DNA of 62,693 nt, filler included, from Catajapyx aquilonaris (lineage: Eukaryota), in NCBI GenBank assembly GCA_000934665.2. It is 3 parts of 3 records of this genome, joined end to end, with 100 filler letters (N's around TTAATTAATTAA, not from the genome) between each part and the next. Parts side by side here need not be neighbours in the genome. Positions count along the whole stretch, not along the records: positions 1 to 20,851 come from JYFJ02006180.1; 2 more parts are not named here. One strand, written 5' to 3'. This document shows positions 1-11,745 of the stretch, piece after piece (positions within the stretch are counted from its first letter, which is position 1; the number at the start of each line of letters is the position of its first letter). The translations under genes and the position numbers were made by a program. Below the pieces are notes generated by a model that saw only the letters and a list, made by a program, of their open reading frames with translations, was not told where the DNA came from and ran no database searches.

Positions 1-924
1 ACATCGCCCTGGAGGGCCGAAGGGTGGAGCACTTGAGGCGACAGGAGGATCCCCAACTTACCTACCCCCGGGGTATAAGGATTATTGAACTCGATTGACA
101 AGTTTGGTTGCATATGCGTCAGAAAAATAGGTCCCACGCGTACAATGCGAGTGACCGCATTATTAACATCATCATCATCATCATTAACGATCCTAATAAT
201 AATAACAACACCACCACCAACAACAACAAAAATGGAAAGAAATAGTAAAAATGGCAGTGATTCGCTTCCGCAAGAAGCAAGTCGATTTGTTCCGTCCATT
301 GGCCAGCGCCTCAATGCATATGCCGGGGAAAATAATGTATAAGTCATATTCAGTGATATTCTCTATGGTATGCATTCCACGATTACGCAGAACACCAGGC
401 ATCGTCCGTACCCTTTTAGCCCAAAAACCATCCCAATCCGGTTCCCCCCTGCAGCAAGCAAGTGGAGAGTAGGGTTGGTTGAGGTGGGGTGGAGAGGCTC
501 GGCTGCACTACCAACCGCTGTTCATCAGCGAGTTCTCCCGGCTATTTTACTTGTTGCGGGGGTGACTTGATTTTCCTACTTGCGCAAAAACCACCGGCCC
601 AAAAAATCGCGCTTTGGAGGAGTAGCAAGAGGAGCGCTAAGGCAATCGTTACAAAGCGAGATTCTTCCCCAATTCTCATCCTGAGCCAAGATGCCGTGAC
701 CCGTTTTTAAAAAACTCTTCCCCTTCTAGATCGCGCAATTTTTATCCGAATTGATCGAGCCTAGGTCGGGAGGCTCAATTGGCTCTTCGTCGCCATGCTG
801 TGACAATTTCAGGTCCGCACCTCCAGCGAGACGGCCACACCGGCGGTGTGAACACAACGCAGCACCCGTCCCTCGGCCCAACTTGCCCTCCGCGAGTGGG
901 AAAAATCGTCGTGACCGTGCGCCC
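1..924. mobile_element. Partial TTAA-targeting DNA transposon (Kolobok-like) inserted in the LINE endonuclease; other end lies outside the window
   Basis: LINE endonuclease similarity stops abruptly at TTAA (925-928). The terminus on the minus strand reads TTAA|GGGCGCACGGTCACG...CAAGTTGG and shares the CAAGTTGG subterminal motif with the 2388-4294 element. No matching second end is visible. Confidence 0.5.
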
Positions 925-1486
925 TTAATTTCCTCCCCCTGGATGAAACTCGTCCGTCCCTTGAATATCTGCCATCCGAGTTATCGGTACCAAGTTGGAA
1001 CCGTCCTATTCTGGCATTTAAGTCACCCATGATCAGTAGCGGTTGATCATGTAGCCCTTTGATTTCTATCTATCTATAGAACTCTTGCAAGAGCCCGTCA
1101 TTTATCTGTGTCGGCGGAAAGTAGACTATTGCTAAGAACCATTGCAAAGTTTTATCCTTCAACTCAATTATCAGATAATATGCTGAACGTGTAATTAAAG
1201 TGCATTTTATCGAAGGATGGCAAAATAGCACAATTCCGCCAGACGGTCTGCCCACCTGGTATTTCCTTATAGCTGGGACAAAAAAGGACACATTTTCGTT
1301 CCAAACCTTTAGTTCAGGCGGGTGTTCCAGCCAGGTTTCGATTAGACCCATTACTTTCAAGTGCCTTGGAAGTGTGTAGTCATCGAGTATCTCGCTTAGT
1401 TTACCTCCATTCACATTCCACACCATGCAATCGGTATAATTATATGACATTAGTTTTTGCTTTTGGGGGACAATTTTTACATACAC
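925..1486 (-). pseudogene. LINE ORF2 apurinic/apyrimidinic endonuclease domain, disrupted
   Basis: Motifs WNVNG, GLIETWL, GRPSGG and VYFPP, then an in-frame TAG at 1070-1072, then in the same frame LIMGDLNARIG...SRDGRVSSRGRKL. These are typical APE/EEP motifs of non-LTR retrotransposons. Truncated by the insertion at 924. Confidence 0.9.
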
Positions 1487-2387
1487 TTTTCCTTCTCGTG
1501 TCGTCTTTGATGGTGGGCACTCTAGCTGAACTGGTTAATGATTCACTACCCACTTTGCCGCACACTAGCACTCGCGTTGCAGGGCTGGGGTTAAACTGGT
1601 TTTCTGGTGGGTGTGAACCCTGGAATGATGAGGTTTTCTCTCCTTCTTCCCGCCCTGCAGTATTAACACTTGACACTTTTGCATTGATGATTACGTTTGT
1701 AGAGGATGGTGAGGATGGTGGGGATATGGAAAAAAAGGGGACACTGTAGTGTCGGGGCTCAGAGGGGGGGGGACACTGAATTTCTACAAACCACTGATGG
1801 GAACACTAAATTCGCACTTGCAACAGAACCGGCTTTTTTCGGCGAGAGATGGATAACTTGTGCCGGATCTCAATTCTGCTCACGGTCGCGGGTTGTTCCT
1901 GCGGCATTGGTCCTGCTCGTCTTGCTCAGAGGGCGTAGGTCCTGTGGCGATGTAGACGGGATCCGCTTGCCGGGTGCATTTGTTGGGATGGTCAACTGTG
2001 GCTTCGATGCCGCGGGTAGCGGACCTCCGGATGCTTCAGCTGCTTCCTCATCATCTTGAAGCTCGGCCAGCGTGAAGAGCCTCCCGTCCACCCTCAGCCT
2101 GTCCCTTCGTAGAGTAGCTTTCTTCCCCTGGTCCTTGAAGGTACGCATGAAAGGCAACAAATTCCTCCGCTTCTCCCTTGTTTCCACAGAGAAATCTTCA
2201 GACAGGGAAATCGAAGCCGACCTCAACTTGTAGGCGTTGCGCATTATGGCCTCTCTGTCTTTGAAAAAAGAGCAGCGAAGGATAACGGGGCGGTTGGACC
2301 CCGGCCGAAGTTGGCCCAACCTATGGCACCTTTCGACCGGAAAAGTGGGGCTCGGGGGCACCACACCATGATGAGCTAACGCTTTAA

Positions 2388-4294
2388 AGGGACACTCCAC
2401 TCAAAATACAAGTTGGTGTCTAAAAATCAGGCAAAAAATCCTGATTCCGAGAATGCGATCCGTTTTTCTCTGAGGCGAACGGTAATCCGCGAAATAAATC
2501 TCAAAGTAGGCCGGCTGCAAACCCCCTGCCCCTCCAGTCTCGGCGCCACCACCCCCGGCCACAGACCCGCTGTCCCTCCAGTCTCGGCGACACCTCCCCC
2601 CGGCCACCTGGCGGCTGCCTGAGGAAGTTGGATACCAGAATAGGATATACCATGGGATGTACTCTAACAACCGTGCCCGTCACCAGCAGCGCGAGTTTGA
2701 AATGCAGTTCGGGGTCGGATATTACTGGCTGCTGCCAATGCATATGTTGTCAGACAGGCGTTCCGTTCGCTCGTCGCCCCGCTCGCTTCGCGCGCATGGG
2801 TCACACTGGCGAGCGTTGCGCTCCGCTGTGCCCTGGGGGCCTCGTCGGTCGAGGAAATTGGGGGATTTTGGGGGTGACGCAGCGAGGCAGGACCCTCTCG
2901 CTGCGTTCTCCTCCAGCGGCTCGTCGGGCTCCGATTGGCCGAGACCCTTTTCCCCCCAGCTACCCACCCCAACCACCCCTGCCATCATGACCCACTTGTC
3001 CCCCGAGGCGAGGTCGCCTTTCACTTCTCCTGCTAAACCCTACGACCGAGTCAGCGCATGTCTGACAAGTTTGGGCACAGCGATCGCAGCGACATTTTTC
3101 GGGGCGAGCGAACGGAACGCCTGTGTGACAGACCCATTGGCCCCTATTGTTTACCGGTGGCCTACATCTGTTGCTCCCGCATACACCAATTTAGTCGCAA
3201 TAGTGCTTCAAATTGGAATTAAGTCATTGAAACAGAGAGAGCCATTAGCAAAATGTTCGGCCCAAACACATTTAGCTGCTATTCTCAAACTGATGTGCAC
3301 TGGGGAAAAGAGGTTCATCAGGAGATATGTCAAACATGGTCATTGGGGTCGATGGCTGAGGAAACATTACCTGTGCATCAGTATTGGACACATCAACAGT
3401 GGATGTTCCGGTGCTGGTTTCCATGTCTGATGTGCACTGGGGGTGCAATAAAATATACGCACATTGACGCTGTGCCACATTATTCCTACCTCCAGTGTTG
3501 GAACAGCATTAGGCTTTAGTTTCCGCCTCTTCTGTTCCGGTCTGTAGGGAAATTGCGACTGCCTGTGAAAGTGATCCATGCACACCTGATGACTTGACAT
3601 GGGTGCATACGTTGGTGGCAAATTCAAGGCTTCTCGCCATTGCCGCATCAAATCCTGACGTTCGCAAGGAAATACGAAATACGTCACTCGCTCCAACCGT
3701 TTCCTATGGCCCTTACAAATAAACTACACAGAACGGGACACCACCCTTGCCTTTCTTGCCCATGATGCTACTTGCTTCCAAGCCCGCCTCGATTGGCGGA
3801 CTGGAAGGCCAGAAATGATAAATCCCCCTGCCGAAGTGCTAAATAACATAAACATGTGTCGCCTTAGTCGTTCCCTCCGGGCGTTGAGTCATGGAGATCT
3901 GATGCGGGAGCAACTGATCTAGTCCAACCGTAAACAATTGGGGGCCAAGCAAAGGCGAGGCCCGGAAAGTAAGTTTAGTAACACCTCGGTGACAACATAT
4001 GCATTGGCAGCAGCCAGTAATATCCGACCCGAACTGCATTTCAAACTCGCGCTGCTGGTGACCCGGGTATCCAACTTCCTCAGGCAGCAGCCAGGTGGCG
4101 AGTACCCAACTTCCCCCGGTGGCCGCGGGCGAGGTGGGCGGCTCCACGATCGATCAGAAGTCGAATTTATTCCGACTTTCGTCTCTTCCCTTGTCATTAC
4201 CGTTCGCCTCAGAGATAAACGGATCGCATTCTCGGAATCAGGATTTTCTGCCTGATTTTTAGAGGCCAACTTGTATTTTGAGTGGAGTGTCCCT
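2388..4294. mobile_element. Non-autonomous Kolobok/T2-like DNA transposon with long inverted arms and a THAP remnant
   Basis: TTAA duplication (2384-2387, 4295-4298). TIR AGGGACACTCCACTCAAAATACAAGTTGG. Imperfect inverted arms about 2388-2752 versus 3990-4294. Internal THAP domain. TTAA duplication, purine-purine termini and THAP together match the Kolobok superfamily. Confidence 0.85.
3489..3763 (-). pseudogene. THAP zinc-finger domain exon, frameshifted near its N-terminus, transposon-borne
   Basis: ATG at 3763 gives MGKKGKGGVPFCVVY, then a frameshift, then CKGHRKRLERVTYFVFP...RQWREAL...VCMDHF...KLKPNAVPTLE. This has the THAP C2CH residues, conserved P/W/F and the AVPT box. A probable short GT-AG intron follows, then a Ser/Thr-rich stretch. 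Confidence 0.85.
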
Positions 4295-5573
4295 TTAAGG
4301 GCAACCACCTCTGTGTCCTCCCAGTTCTCTCGACCATCAGGTAGGCCAAAGATGACCACATTGTTACGGCGGCCCCGGTCTTCCAAGTCCGTAAGCTTAT
4401 TCTCCAGCATGCTGATGCGGTCTGTAGACTGGTTGAGTTTTGCGGCCAGATCCTCCACCGTAAACTGCAACTCGAGCACCTTTGCAGACTGCTCCGCCAA
4501 ACCCTCCGTGAATACCTTAGTCAGGTCAGCGGTGATCTTCTCCGAGGCTGCTTTTGTCGTCGCTTGTGAGTTCAGATCGATCTTCCTCTCCATTTCGCTC
4601 AGGAGAGCTACCAACTCGGCTTTTGTGATCCCCGCGACGCCATTTTATAATAAAATGCGGGTTATCGTTTGGATGCACGCCTTGGCAGAGAGCTAGCGGT
4701 GCACACGGCCTGGCGCCTTGACTGTCTAGAGCGAAGTGAGGACGCTGATTTATTCTGATTCATAGTTCTTAGGTAATAATTATTTTTCAGTTTACCCAAA
4801 AGGGACAACACCTCATTTATTCTATCATAAATCATAATGTATGTACATCATCTGGGTACGCGAGTGGGCGGCGGGAACTGAAACGCCGCTACTGAAAGGT
4901 AGTATTTGTAACATATTTTGGCTTGACAAGTCCGTAGGCTAGATCCTAGTTGAATAAAATTACGACACTTGAATGTATGTAGGATAGGAACACATTGGGC
5001 ACCATTTCCAGGCTTTTCTGTCGCATCACGTTGTCACAACATATTAGCAGAAAAATGAACGTAGTAGTCAGTAGTCATGCAAGCAGGACCATATGTCCTT
5101 CCTGCAAAACAGGACTAGATGATACCGCCAGGGCCTCTGGCGGCCGAGCCCGCAACCATCTCATTGTCCCCCTTTTGGGCTCCTGCAGCTGGAGACAGTG
5201 TTCTCACCGGTTCTCTCTACACCCTGTACCTACTCATTCTTTACTGACTGTTAGCAACCTGCTAGTTGGCACAACTAGAAACCAACATGCAATCCAATTA
5301 TTATCTGCGTCCAGACCTTAAAGTTACCCTGTATACCCATCGAGAAATGGTAAAATGCATAGGAAGGACATCTTCCCATATCTCATAATGGCATTCATGG
5401 CACTGATATAATTATGTGGACCGCCTATATGGTCTTTTGACCATGTCCATGTAACAAGAGAATGACCAAGGGTCGTCCCTTCCGATTTGGCTGAAACTCG
5501 CTTGAGGGGTAAATAATATGTCATAAACATACGTACAGTAGTAGTGAAAGTCCTAAACGGCAATGTTCAGTCC

Positions 5574-7511
5574 CCCGCTGGTCAATATCAGAAAAAAACA
5601 CGAAAGAAAATGATAGCTCCTCAGCTAAACCGTTTACATAAGTAAAAAAAAAAACACATGTCCCCATGCTTTCGTGGCTGCTGATTTCGATTTTTAGGTT
5701 ATTTTGAACATAGACCTACAAGGTGTACGAAAAACTCACTGTGGAATCTACGAACGTGTATAATAAGCATTACAGGTAGGCGAAAATAACATTTCCCGAT
5801 GTTTTCGCGGTCCTAATTTTGATTTTTTAAGGTAATTTTGATCCAGGACATACAAGGTGTACCATAAAAAGACCATCGAATTTAAGAACTCGTGGAATCT
5901 ACATTCGAAGTACGGGTATGAGAAAATGATATTTTACCGTATGTTGGTGGACAATGACTTTGATTTTTAGGCTATACTGAACCCAGACCAACAGCCTGTA
6001 TTAAAATGACCGTCAAATTTGAGAGAGCCTATGTAGAATAAGCGGTAATCAGTTCAAAAAGAATGGTCCCAGTCATCCTGATGTGTGTGCTGCCCGCTCG
6101 ACACACACCATGTAACTTACATGGTGTGTGTAGAGCGGCCAGCCCACACGTCAGGATGACTGGGACAGTTCTTTTTGCACTGTTGAGTACAAGTAGGTGA
6201 AAGTAATGTTTTCCCAGTTTTTACGGTCGCTGATTTAGATTTTGAGGAAACTTCCAACCTAGCCAACAAAATGTATCATAATCATCATAAACACTCCAAA
6301 TGTAACAGAAAACCGCAGAAAATAATATACAAAATACGCTGTTCAAACATTCAACATTCTTCTGATTCATCGGAACGCGCCTGCTTTTGACATGACTGCA
6401 AAATGTTAAAAACTAAATGTTTAGGAAAATAAGTACTTTGTCTCGTAGAGCATGGATTTGGGACTGTTAACAGAATATCAATAATGGGTCCTTGTTTCTT
6501 GGAAATCAGAGAAATTTCAATTGGTAACATTCCGCAAATTTTCACAAATCTTGAAGTTCAATAGGCATACAAAACGGAGTCAGTACGAGTCAGTGATGGA
6601 ATTGGATTTAAGTTGACCTGAGGATAATAGGAAACTATCCAGTAGTAATCAGCTGCAACGATCCGCAACTTAAGGGAAATATTCTACGATATTCACTTTC
6701 AGGGGCCACTTCATATTCTTTTTGCACTGAATTACTGCAGTATTGGTATTACAGTGCGACCCCACTTCACAAAATGCTACCTTGGGAAATAAATTATATG
6801 TCCCAAATTTGACGGTGTTTTTGGTACAGGCTATTGGTCCGGGTTCAGTATAGCCTAAAAATCAAAATCATTGTCCACCAACATACGGTAAAATATTATT
6901 TTCACATATCCGTACTTATAATGTTGAGTCCACAAGTTCTTAAATTCGATGGTCTTTTTATGGTACACCATGTACGCCCTAGTACAAAATAACCTAAGAA
7001 AAATCAAAAATGAGGACCGCGAAAACATCGGGTAATGTTATTTTCACCTACTTGTAATGCTTATTATACACGTTTGTCGAATCCATAGTGAGTTTTTAGT
7101 ACACCCTGTAGGTATAGCTTCAAAATAACCTAAATATAGAAATCAGCGACCGTAAAAACAGGGGAATCATTAGTTTCACCTACTTGTACCGCTTATTCTG
7201 CAGATTATTAAATTATATCCTGTTTTTGGTACACCCTGTAGGTCTTGGTTTGATAAGAGCCTCAAAATATAAAGCAGTGACCGCAAAACGTAGGGTAACA
7301 TCACTAACCTATTTTTTCCGCGTATTCTACAGAATGATTCTTAAATTCGATCGTGTTCTTTGGTACACCCTGTACGTCTATGTTCAAAATAACCAAAAAA
7401 TCGAAATCAGCGACCCTGAAAACATGGGGAGACATGTATTTTACGTACTTAAACGGTTTAGTTTAGGAGCTGTCATTTTCTTTCGTGTTTTTTCTGATAT
7501 TGACCTCTGTG
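5574..7511. mobile_element. Foldback-type element with CAC-like termini (Transib/Chapaev-like) inserted in the left TIR of the 5455-10093 element
   Basis: 5574-6000 is the inverse of about 6825-7511. The arms are built from ~125-bp tandem subrepeats. The right end reads CACAGAGGTCAATATCAGAAAAAA; the left end is degenerate (CCCGCTGGTCAATATCAGAAAAAAA). Host sequence AGTC(G) is duplicated on both sides. Confidence 0.7.
6050..6182. mobile_element. 133-bp palindromic MITE
   Basis: CAGTTCAAAAAGAATGGTCCCAGTCATCCTGA ... TCAGGATGACTGGGACAGTTCTTTTTGCACTG. Hairpin over almost its whole length; interrupts a subrepeat of the foldback element. Confidence 0.75.
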
Positions 7512-8216
7512 AGTCGTTTCCGAGGTATGATCGACAGAAACATCCGAATTTTGGTCGCGCGTATGTACAGTACATGGGTTGGGCGGGAAAGGGCCTGCCA
7601 AGGCAAAAAGGTGGTTGTCCCCATGTCCCCTGTTTTTCCCCTCCGATCCCCTACGGTCTAGAGATGACTCATACATCCTTTCACCGTTTATACCGCCGCG
7701 CCGGCGCGGCGCGGCGAGTGGAAGAAGCAGGTGTGCGAAATCTGGGCACGAAAATCATGCCGCTATCAGTGTTTGTTGCAGAAAGGTTTGCCGAGGGCTC
7801 CCCAACGAGAGCACAAAATTATCCACACATCTCGTTTACATTTGTGAGCTTCGCTAAAATATCGACAGATTGGCGAACGGTTTCGGCAGGAGAGATTATG
7901 ATATAGCGATTATAGCCTATCATACACATTGATAAGTCAGAAGTTCCTATTGCGCAATTTTTGGTACAAATTTTTATTTTCATTTCATTTTATTTTTTAT
8001 TTTATTTGCCCCGTGTTAGAGCAGTGCTCTTTTGGGGGGACCCCACCACCCTATACAAGAGAAAATTCTATGCGCTTTGCGACGTTAAGAAAAAAATGTA
8101 TGGACACTATAAAGCAAGTTTGGGTCTGGTTGACAGAAGACATAAATTAGCTTATTACTAGGCAATGACAGAAATTGACGTCGAGGCGTGAGGAAATAAG
8201 GGCATACAAACATATA

Positions 8217-9301
8217 GGGCCGTATTCAGAGTCGTTCGCTAATGCAGCGCAGAAGTCCACACTAACTAGTGCGACGCTGGGTCCGCATTGGCGCCACACA
8301 AGTTGCTCCCATTCAGAGTCGCCTCACTGCCTGCTCAGAGCAGTGCACTAGGTTCGAACACTGCACTAGCGAGACGCGGTGTTGCCACGATTTCACAGCC
8401 AGGTTTTCGGACACCGTCTGTGCGATAAATGGGATTTTAAATATTGATGCATGTCTTTTTCGATTTTAATACATTTTATAGGCCCGAAAACACATTTTAG
8501 ATGATTAAATCATTAGTAATGACGAATTTACGAAAAAAAAAATCGGAGCTGGGGTCGGCGGGCGGCGATCTTCATTCGTGCTTCACTTAATCCCCAGGGC
8601 GACGATCTTAATTTGTTTCCCCAGGCTGGGGAAACAAATGAAGATCGCGCCCGCCTCTGTTCGGAACCGGATCTGGGATGATAGGCCTACAACGATCTAG
8701 GATTGCGACGTAAACTGATAAATTTGCATTCGGAGGTTCGGTATTTCGGTATTTGGCTTGGTTTTCGGTAGCATCATTATGGGTAGCAGACACGTTGTGT
8801 CCACTCAAGGCTTATATTCCGATCCAGTGGTAGAAGTAGCCTTGGTGCACGTTGAAGACAAGTCAATCGCGTGAGATAATGGCCGAAAAGGCGGTGAAGA
8901 AGGCAAAGAATACGGATCCAGGCGGGGACGATAAATCCGAAGGTGCGGTAGGGGTGTTGGCCACATGCGTCATGCCGCACTCTCCGCACACGCCGAATGT
9001 TGTGCCGGAGCCTGGCTAACCTGTCCGCCATTTTCCCTGCGCCAAAAATCGCTTAACAGCAGTTTAAAAAGCTGCTAAGTTATTTTCAAACTACCGCCAC
9101 GGCCTAGTTCGACGTTAGTTCGACGCAAAAGAAGGGGGTCCCCTGCACTAAGTTTTGCCTTAGTGCACCGCTTTAGCAGGATCCGCACTAGGCCCGAACT
9201 AGGCCTAAAGCGCGACTCTGCATGCGACTTTTCTTAGTGAACTGGGTCACGTGGTTTAAAGCACTGCAATAAATTCTTGTTGTTGACTCTGAATACGGCC
9301 C
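8217..9301. mobile_element. PIF/Harbinger-like non-autonomous element
   Basis: Perfect 17-bp TIR GGGCCGTATTCAGAGTC and a 3-bp ATA duplication. Possible degenerate transposase N-terminus on the minus strand (MADRLARLRHNIRR... then frameshifted RIYRPRLDPYSL). Confidence 0.75.
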
Positions 9302-10950
9302 ATAATGAAAAAGATCCATATTAAGCTCCATCCACATTTTGAATCTAGAAATTCGATTTTGACACCTTTTAGCCAGAGATATTTTGGACCATCGCGCAAG
9401 CATATCCAGGTGCGCAGTGTAACCAGCGGTAAATTAAAGGCCCAGTACAATTCCATACCTTGGGCACTCTTATTAAAATCTCACTGTAATTAGCATAGGA
9501 CCGAGAGTTTCGAAGTAAAGTCTGATCGAGATTCAGATAGTGGCTTTCTAACGTTACTTATTTTGTAGTTGCCTCATCGTGGCTCCGGCCAAATCACATG
9601 CATCAATATTAACATCTGACATTCTCATCATAAACAGTTCGTACCAGTTACGAGAAGGATATTGACAGGAGGGCCTCGATGACTTATGCTAAGAATGAAT
9701 TTTCTGATCCTGCCAATTTTTGGTACAAATGACCTTTATTCGCAGTTGACAGAAGCGTGAGAAAGCAGCTTTTAGATGGTCGCATAATAATACAGGAGCA
9801 ACGAAAGAAGGGAAAACGAAAAAATAATGTGGTGGGCGATGGTGACATGGTGTAGGGGATCGGGGAAAAACAGGGGACGGGGGGCACTACCACCTTTTGC
9901 CTTGAACTTGTCCCTTTCCCGCCAGACCCATATACATACGCGCGGCCAAAATTCGGATGTTACTGTCGATCATACCTCGGAAACGACTGAACATTGCCGT
10001 TTAGGACTTTCACTACTGTGTTTATGACATATTATTTACCCCTCAACCGAGTTTCAGCCAAATCGGAGGGGACGACCCTTGGTCATTCCCTTGTAAGTGA
10101 TTATGCCACTTTTTGTGGCGGACACGTGCCACGGCCACTGGCCACCTTTGGGAATACACAGGATTAAAATAATGAGAGCATTCACAAGTGGCCACAGCAG
10201 TGGCGAGGATAGGCGTCTGTGACTCTGTGTCCCCGGAGTGGCTTGGGAGTTGCTCGACCGCGCGACTGACAAGTGAGTGGCAGGTCCGAGCGTCTTTGCT
10301 TCTACAAGCCCTCGAGGCCACAGGCCACTGGGTAGCGGACCATTGCTTTGCATTGGTGCATGCACACAGAGCCACAGCCACAGGCCACTGACGCCCACAA
10401 CAGGTCAAGTCATATGTCCACGCTAGTTCATGACGAGAGGAAAGGGAAGTTTACCACCGTGGATAGTGCAATTTGGTAAGGAAATTAATGTCAAATACTT
10501 TATATCTGAAGTCGAGGCCCATACCGGTATTTGGGACGCATCAGTTGCCGAAAATATCAAAGGAAAAATAAAAGACCTAAGATCTTGGAATAGCTAGTGT
10601 ATTAGCTAGTGGTACAGTCCTTTCGACCTTTCGAGCAAAGGATGAACATGAATTTTCCTGTTTTGCTTGCACTTTTTCTTCCTTTTCAATAGGAGTAGCA
10701 GCAATAGTGCATATAGTGTAATATAGAGCCATATTATGTTCTTCACTGGTCGCCACACTGAATCTGGCCCACCAGCTGTGACGAATCGGAGCATTTGCAG
10801 TGCATAACCCGTGTGCTTCAGTGTGCACTAGGGCTGGTCGAAGAAACACTTTTTTTGAAAGTTGTAATGCAAGAGTGAAAAAAAGTTGTGTTGGGTGATC
10901 CTTATGACATGTGAAAAATATAGGTCACGTGAGTCATCTAATAATATATA

Positions 10951-11745
10951 AGAGCAAAAACATTCCCTTCAGTGAAAAAAAGGGCAGTAAGACCTCCGTG
11001 GCAGAATGAAAGTACTGAAACAAGGCAGGCACACGTAAGACCTTCACCAATTAATTTAAGCTGTACCAGTGGTCTTACTCAAGCAATTACCAATTTACTA
11101 CTCATGAAATCTCCTTTCTGAAAACAAATTCGTGGAATTTTCGTCGTACTACTAGTTACTTCTAACTTAGCAGTACCAGTGTAGTGCAATGGTAGGCCTA
11201 TACTGCTAAGTTAGTAGTAACTATAGACCTATAGTTAATAGTAATAGTAGTACGACGAAAATTCCTCCCATTAATTTTCCATGAACTAATCCATATTACT
11301 GTTTTATGAAATTAGGAACTTCAACATTAAGCACATTGCATTTCTATACGATTGGTGCGAATTATTGCCATGAAACATTCATGCAGAATAGTCACCTCTT
11401 TTAGATGCTGATTTTAACTCTAACGTTTAATTTTTTACATATAAACGTTAAATTGTGAATTTTAGAGGGTCTTTTTCGATCGGACCAAGTCTGTTAGGAT
11501 GGGTTTAGTTTTTCCCAAATTTTTTTCTTTTCATAATAAAATCCTACGTATACTGCCCTGAGTAGTTTGCAGCAGTCATTTTACGAGCCGTTCCGTACCG
11601 TACTTGAGAATTGCTTGAGTAAGACCTATGGTACAGCTTAAATCAATTGGTGAAGGTCTTACGTGCGCCTGCCTTGTTTCAGTACTTTTATTCCGCCGCG
11701 GAGGTCTTACCTCTTTTTTTTTACTGAAGGGAAAGTTTTTGATCT
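10951..11745. mobile_element. MITE with ~135-bp TIRs
   Basis: About 10951-11088 is the imperfect reverse complement of about 11609-11745. Target duplication unclear. Confidence 0.7.
11134..11266. repeat. Short palindromic MITE (family copy 1)
   Basis: GGAATTTTCGTCGTACTACTA...TAGTAGTACGACGAAAATTCC hairpin. Homologous copy at 48572-48694. Confidence 0.75.

Larger units (their letters stand above)
1870..4614 (-). pseudogene. LINE ORF1 (coiled coil + RRM/CTD, L1-ORF1p-like type) split by a Kolobok insertion
   Basis: 5' half (4295-4614) has a coiled coil and DLEDRGRRNNVVIFGLP. 3' half (1870-2387) has VERCHRLG, RPVILRC, ISLSEDFS, RNLLP and ATLRRDRLRVDG. Removing 2388-4298 restores one frame: EVVALK-ALAHHG. 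Confidence 0.88.
925..4750 (-). mobile_element. Non-LTR retrotransposon (LINE, probably CR1/L2 group), 5' portion
   Basis: Short 5' leader, ORF1, spacer and the ORF2 endonuclease in canonical order on the minus strand. The 5' boundary is approximate and the clade is inferred from ORF1 type and endonuclease motifs only. Confidence 0.8.
5455..10093. mobile_element. Non-autonomous DNA transposon with CAAG...CTTG ends, ~250-bp TIRs and TAA duplication; contains nested insertions
   Basis: TAA|CAAGAGAATGACCAAGGGTCGTCCC ... GGGACGACCCTTGGTCATTCCCTTG|TAA. The left arm (5455-5572 plus 7512-7655) is the reverse complement of about 9850-10093. Confidence 0.8.

Noticed and set aside
2657..3430. 257-aa plus-strand ORF
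   Set aside because: Begins within the inverted arm of the Kolobok element, is GC-rich and has no recognisable domain; likely a chance frame.
5680..7420. Regularly spaced repeats resembling a CRISPR-like array
   Set aside because: Units are diverged over their whole ~125-bp length with no unique spacers, occur as inverted arms, and there are no cas genes in this eukaryotic context.
7184..7906. 240-aa plus-strand ORF
   Set aside because: Runs across foldback subrepeats and a junction between two elements; no protein-like motif.
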